Shown here: positions 32,467 to 34,642 of the stretch, piece after piece
How the letters are laid out: each line of letters starts with the position of its first letter
Position numbering within the stretch: the stretch's first letter is position 1
Source of the DNA: Gammaproteobacteria bacterium
Lineage (GTDB): Bacteria; Pseudomonadota; Gammaproteobacteria; Competibacterales; Competibacteraceae
Assembly: GCA_003562535.1 (NCBI GenBank)
Contig: PWUP01000090.1
Location: 1-34,642, forward strand
Direction: 5' to 3'
Length of the DNA stretch: 34,642 bases
The notes under the pieces: generated by a model
Told to the model about the DNA's origin: nothing
The model's input: only the letters and a program-made list of their open reading frames with translations
The model's database searches: none
Translations under genes and position numbers: made by a program

Positions 32467-33096
32467 CTACTCATGCTGAAAGCGCCCCCTACGCAAGAAA
32501 GCCAAGACTTGTTGCCCCGCCGTTGGATTAAACAGCATGCCCGCATGACTGCAGTCGATACAAATATGGTCACTTTGCCCAAGGCAATACGTCTCAGCCA
32601 CGGTTACGGTGCCATCATGCGGTGCCGTCAAGGGCGCCAATACACTGCCAATGCCGTAACCGCTGTTGCCGGCCACTGATCCGAGCTCACGGTCTGATGG
32701 CCACGGCGGCACATCGCCGAGCAAGCCTTGGTGACGACTGGCACCGAGTAACCAGTCACCGTATCCATAACGCTGTACATGAGTGGCTACCGTACTGCCC
32801 TGATGCGGGGTGCCCAGAGTGACCGAGCGACCTGGGGGCAAATGGGATGAATAAGCCGCCATGACATGACGCAGCACCAACCCCCCCAAGCTGTGAGCGA
32901 CATAATGAGCATGGCTATGGGACTGTCGCAACACCTGTTCGAACAGCCGTTCGGCACTGGCTGCGGGCGTGTGTGATACGCTAGCATGGTTGAATAAAAT
33001 CGGTTGAAACCCGTGCTGGCGCAAATACTGAGCCAAGGGCAGCATGACGACACCATGTAAGTACAGTCCATGCAAAATATAAACGGGCGCTGACAT
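32467..33096 (-). CDS. Alpha/beta-fold hydrolase (esterase/lipase-like)
   Basis: ILHGL oxyanion-type N-terminus and GXSXG nucleophile elbow (AHSLGG), with candidate Asp (PHDGTV) and His (CSHAGM). Confidence 0.7.
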   Translation of the reverse strand: MSAPVYILHGLYLHGVVMLPLAQYLRQHGFQPILFNHASVSHTPAASAERLFEQVLRQSHSHAHYVAHSLGGLVLRHVMAAYSSHLPPGRSVTLGTPHQGSTVATHVQRYGYGDWLLGASRHQGLLGDVPPWPSDRELGSVAGNSGYGIGSVLAPLTAPHDGTVTVAETYCLGQSDHICIDCSHAGMLFNPTAGQQVLAFLRRGRFQHE

Positions 33097-33102
33097 CGGT
33101 GA

Positions 33103-33537
33103 CTACTCAGGTACCCAAGTTAAAATCGCCGCCCGATTCGTCCACGAGCCCGTGCGCTGCGCCGCCTCTGCCCGTGATAGCCAGATGAAGGCGCTATGTT
33201 CTTGAGGATTCAGGGTGATGGCCACCGGATGCGGTAAACACAGTCGGAATACATGTTCGCGGTTCACTGTCACGTCAGGAGGATAACGGCATTGCCATGG
33301 GGGTTGAATTAAAAACTCGTGAAAGCACTGACAGTCATTAAGACCCGCCGCGCTTAAACCGGTTTCCTCTTGCAATTCGCGTTGCGCAGTGAGCAGAGGG
33401 TTGGTTTCATCCCAATACATACTGCCGGTCACCGATTGCCAGAAGTGCTGCGGGTGTTGGCGCTGCAGTAATAACACTTGAGCGCAAACGGTGTACACTA
33501 CGACTAGAACTGATTCAGGCCGCTTATATTGATCCAT
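33103..33537 (-). CDS. nudB: Dihydroneopterin triphosphate diphosphatase (Nudix)
   Basis: YKRPESVLVVVY...FWQSVTGS...Nudix box REL-QEETG...WTNRAAI. It resembles E. coli NudB end to end, and the nudB/yebC/ruv neighbourhood is conserved. Confidence 0.88.
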   Translation of the reverse strand: MDQYKRPESVLVVVYTVCAQVLLLQRQHPQHFWQSVTGSMYWDETNPLLTAQRELQEETGLSAAGLNDCQCFHEFLIQPPWQCRYPPDVTVNREHVFRLCLPHPVAITLNPQEHSAFIWLSRAEAAQRTGSWTNRAAILTWVPE

Positions 33538-33539
33538 CG

Positions 33540-34178
33540 ATGAGTTATCCCATGCGAAGTTGTAACCACTACCGGCTATATTTAATCACTGTATTAGGGC
33601 TGTTGCTACTACTGGGCGCGTGCAGCAGTGATCCACCTCGTTTGCAACCGCTGCCGCCCGATGCTGTCGTGCTGGCTTTCGGTGACAGCCTCACTTATGG
33701 CACTGGCGCTGAGCGCGACCACTCTTACCCCGCACGTTTGGCTGAACACTTAGGCGTTACTGTGATTAATGCGGGGGTTCCCGGTGAAGTCAGTGCCGTG
33801 GGCTATCAGCGTTTGTCCAGACTGCTCGAACAACACCGCCCTGATTTGGTCATCCTCTGTCATGGTGGCAATGATCTGCTGCGCCGGCAATCGACAACCG
33901 ATTTAGCGCGTCATCTACGCAGCATGATTGAGCACAGCCAAGCTGCGGGTGCTCAAGTGGTCATCGTGGGCGTTCCCCAGCCGAGTCTAGCGCGTAGCGT
34001 ACCCAGCCTATACGCCGAATTAGCCGCTGAATACCAATTACCTTATGAAGGGGATATTTTGCCCGATATCTTGGGTGATAATCGACTCAAAAGTGATACC
34101 GTGCATCCCAATGCCGCCGGTTATTCACGCTTCGCCGAGGCGTTGGCCACATTGATTCAAACCGCTCAGGCAGAGTGA
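33540..34178 (+). CDS. SGNH/GDSL hydrolase lipoprotein (arylesterase/TesA-like)
   Basis: Lipobox LLLLGAC, block I FGDSLTYG, block III GGND, block V DTVHPN. Confidence 0.8.
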   Translation: MSYPMRSCNHYRLYLITVLGLLLLLGACSSDPPRLQPLPPDAVVLAFGDSLTYGTGAERDHSYPARLAEHLGVTVINAGVPGEVSAVGYQRLSRLLEQHRPDLVILCHGGNDLLRRQSTTDLARHLRSMIEHSQAAGAQVVIVGVPQPSLARSVPSLYAELAAEYQLPYEGDILPDILGDNRLKSDTVHPNAAGYSRFAEALATLIQTAQAE

Positions 34179-34214
34179 TAGCTCGTCTAACGCTACCCAG
34201 CCAAGGGTATTGCA

Positions 34215-34642
34215 GTGTCTATAACACACCATCATCATCCGTTAACTCGGTTCGGTTTTCGCTTCCACCGGGGAGGAACACACAGCTCCCGAACGATGAT
34301 GCTCGACGAACTGGCCGCACTGCTTGCCTATGTTGACCGTCACGATGCTGTGCAAGGTGACTATCGGCAAGCCATTGAGGCCGACAACTGCTTGGGTAAG
34401 CGCTCGGCAAAGACCCGAAAATTGACCTACCAGCATCTGGTGGATCTGTATGCGCTGGACACCGACACCCTGCTGTTTCGCGCCCTGCGGTATTTTTGGA
34501 CGCGGGATGCAGCAGGTCATGCCTTGCTGGCTCTGCTGTGTACCTATGCCCGAGATCCTATTTTCCGCGCCACAGCTCCACTGATCCTTAATTGCCCGCG
34601 AGGGGCAGTGATCACTAGGGAATCTTTGGAAGAGTATATTGA
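34215..34642 (+). CDS. Hypothetical protein, 5' part (runs off the right edge); possible BrxA-like (DUF1819) BREX component
   Basis: This open frame is missing from the ORF track because it has no stop. It reads ...FRFHRGGTHSSRTMMLDELAALLAYVDRHDAVQGDYRQAIEADNCLGKRSAKTRKLTYQHLVDLYALDTDTLLFRALRYFW...ALLALLCTYARDPIF.... The pattern recalls BrxA (sFt.GgLl.rES...AeL...dW..v...i.edNlLq.Rt.sS.kR). That comparison is from memory only. The start is GTG 34215 or ATG 34296. Confidence 0.4.
   Translation, partial: MSITHHHHPLTRFGFRFHRGGTHSSRTMMLDELAALLAYVDRHDAVQGDYRQAIEADNCLGKRSAKTRKLTYQHLVDLYALDTDTLLFRALRYFWTRDAAGHALLALLCTYARDPIFRATAPLILNCPRGAVITRESLEEYI

Noticed and set aside
34227-34238. A run of four His codons (CAC CAT CAT CAT) near the start of the right-edge ORF, which might suggest an engineered tag
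   Set aside because: It has only four residues, no vector-like flanks, mixed codons, and may lie upstream of the true start. It is most likely natural sequence.

Overview
This window reads as a dense chromosomal housekeeping segment of a proteobacterium, with gammaproteobacterial-type gene order, about 52% GC and about 39 CDS. I found no tRNA or rRNA genes, IS elements or CRISPR arrays.

Gene content, left to right:
- 3' end of an ABC ATPase.
- A tonB homologue preceded by a canonical cobalamin riboswitch.
- trmL, a MaoC/PhaJ hydratase, a YadH-type ABC-2 permease, a UDP-sugar epimerase and an adenine/adenosine deaminase.
- A secreted TPR protein.
- The prkA-yeaH-spoVR (yeaG-yeaH-ycgB) operon with a sigma54-type promoter.
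- purH and an MscK-like channel.
- A glnK-amtB-glnK unit with sigma54, IHF and NtrC-like sites.
- ubiK-ubiA, hisBHAFIE, tatABC and glyQS-gmhB-plsC.
- yebC-ruvA-ruvB with no ruvC.
- An alpha/beta hydrolase, nudB and an SGNH lipoprotein.
- At the right edge, the 5' part of a possible BrxA-like (DUF1819) gene, which may open a defence island lying outside the window.

The main signal not explained by genes is a set of four perfect 16-bp palindromes. Three are TGTTTCACGTGAAACA and one is GGTTTCACGTGAAACC. All four are intergenic, lie within 7 kb, and match the chromosomal ParB-binding parS consensus. They bracket the glyQS-gmhB-plsC block, with no parAB, dnaA or gid genes in view.

Other points worth a second look:
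- A B12 riboswitch controlling a monocistronic tonB.
- A gmhB homologue that lacks the HAD nucleophile Asp.
- The missing ruvC.
- The second P-II gene downstream of amtB.

I do not see a clearly novel multi-gene system fully contained in this window.
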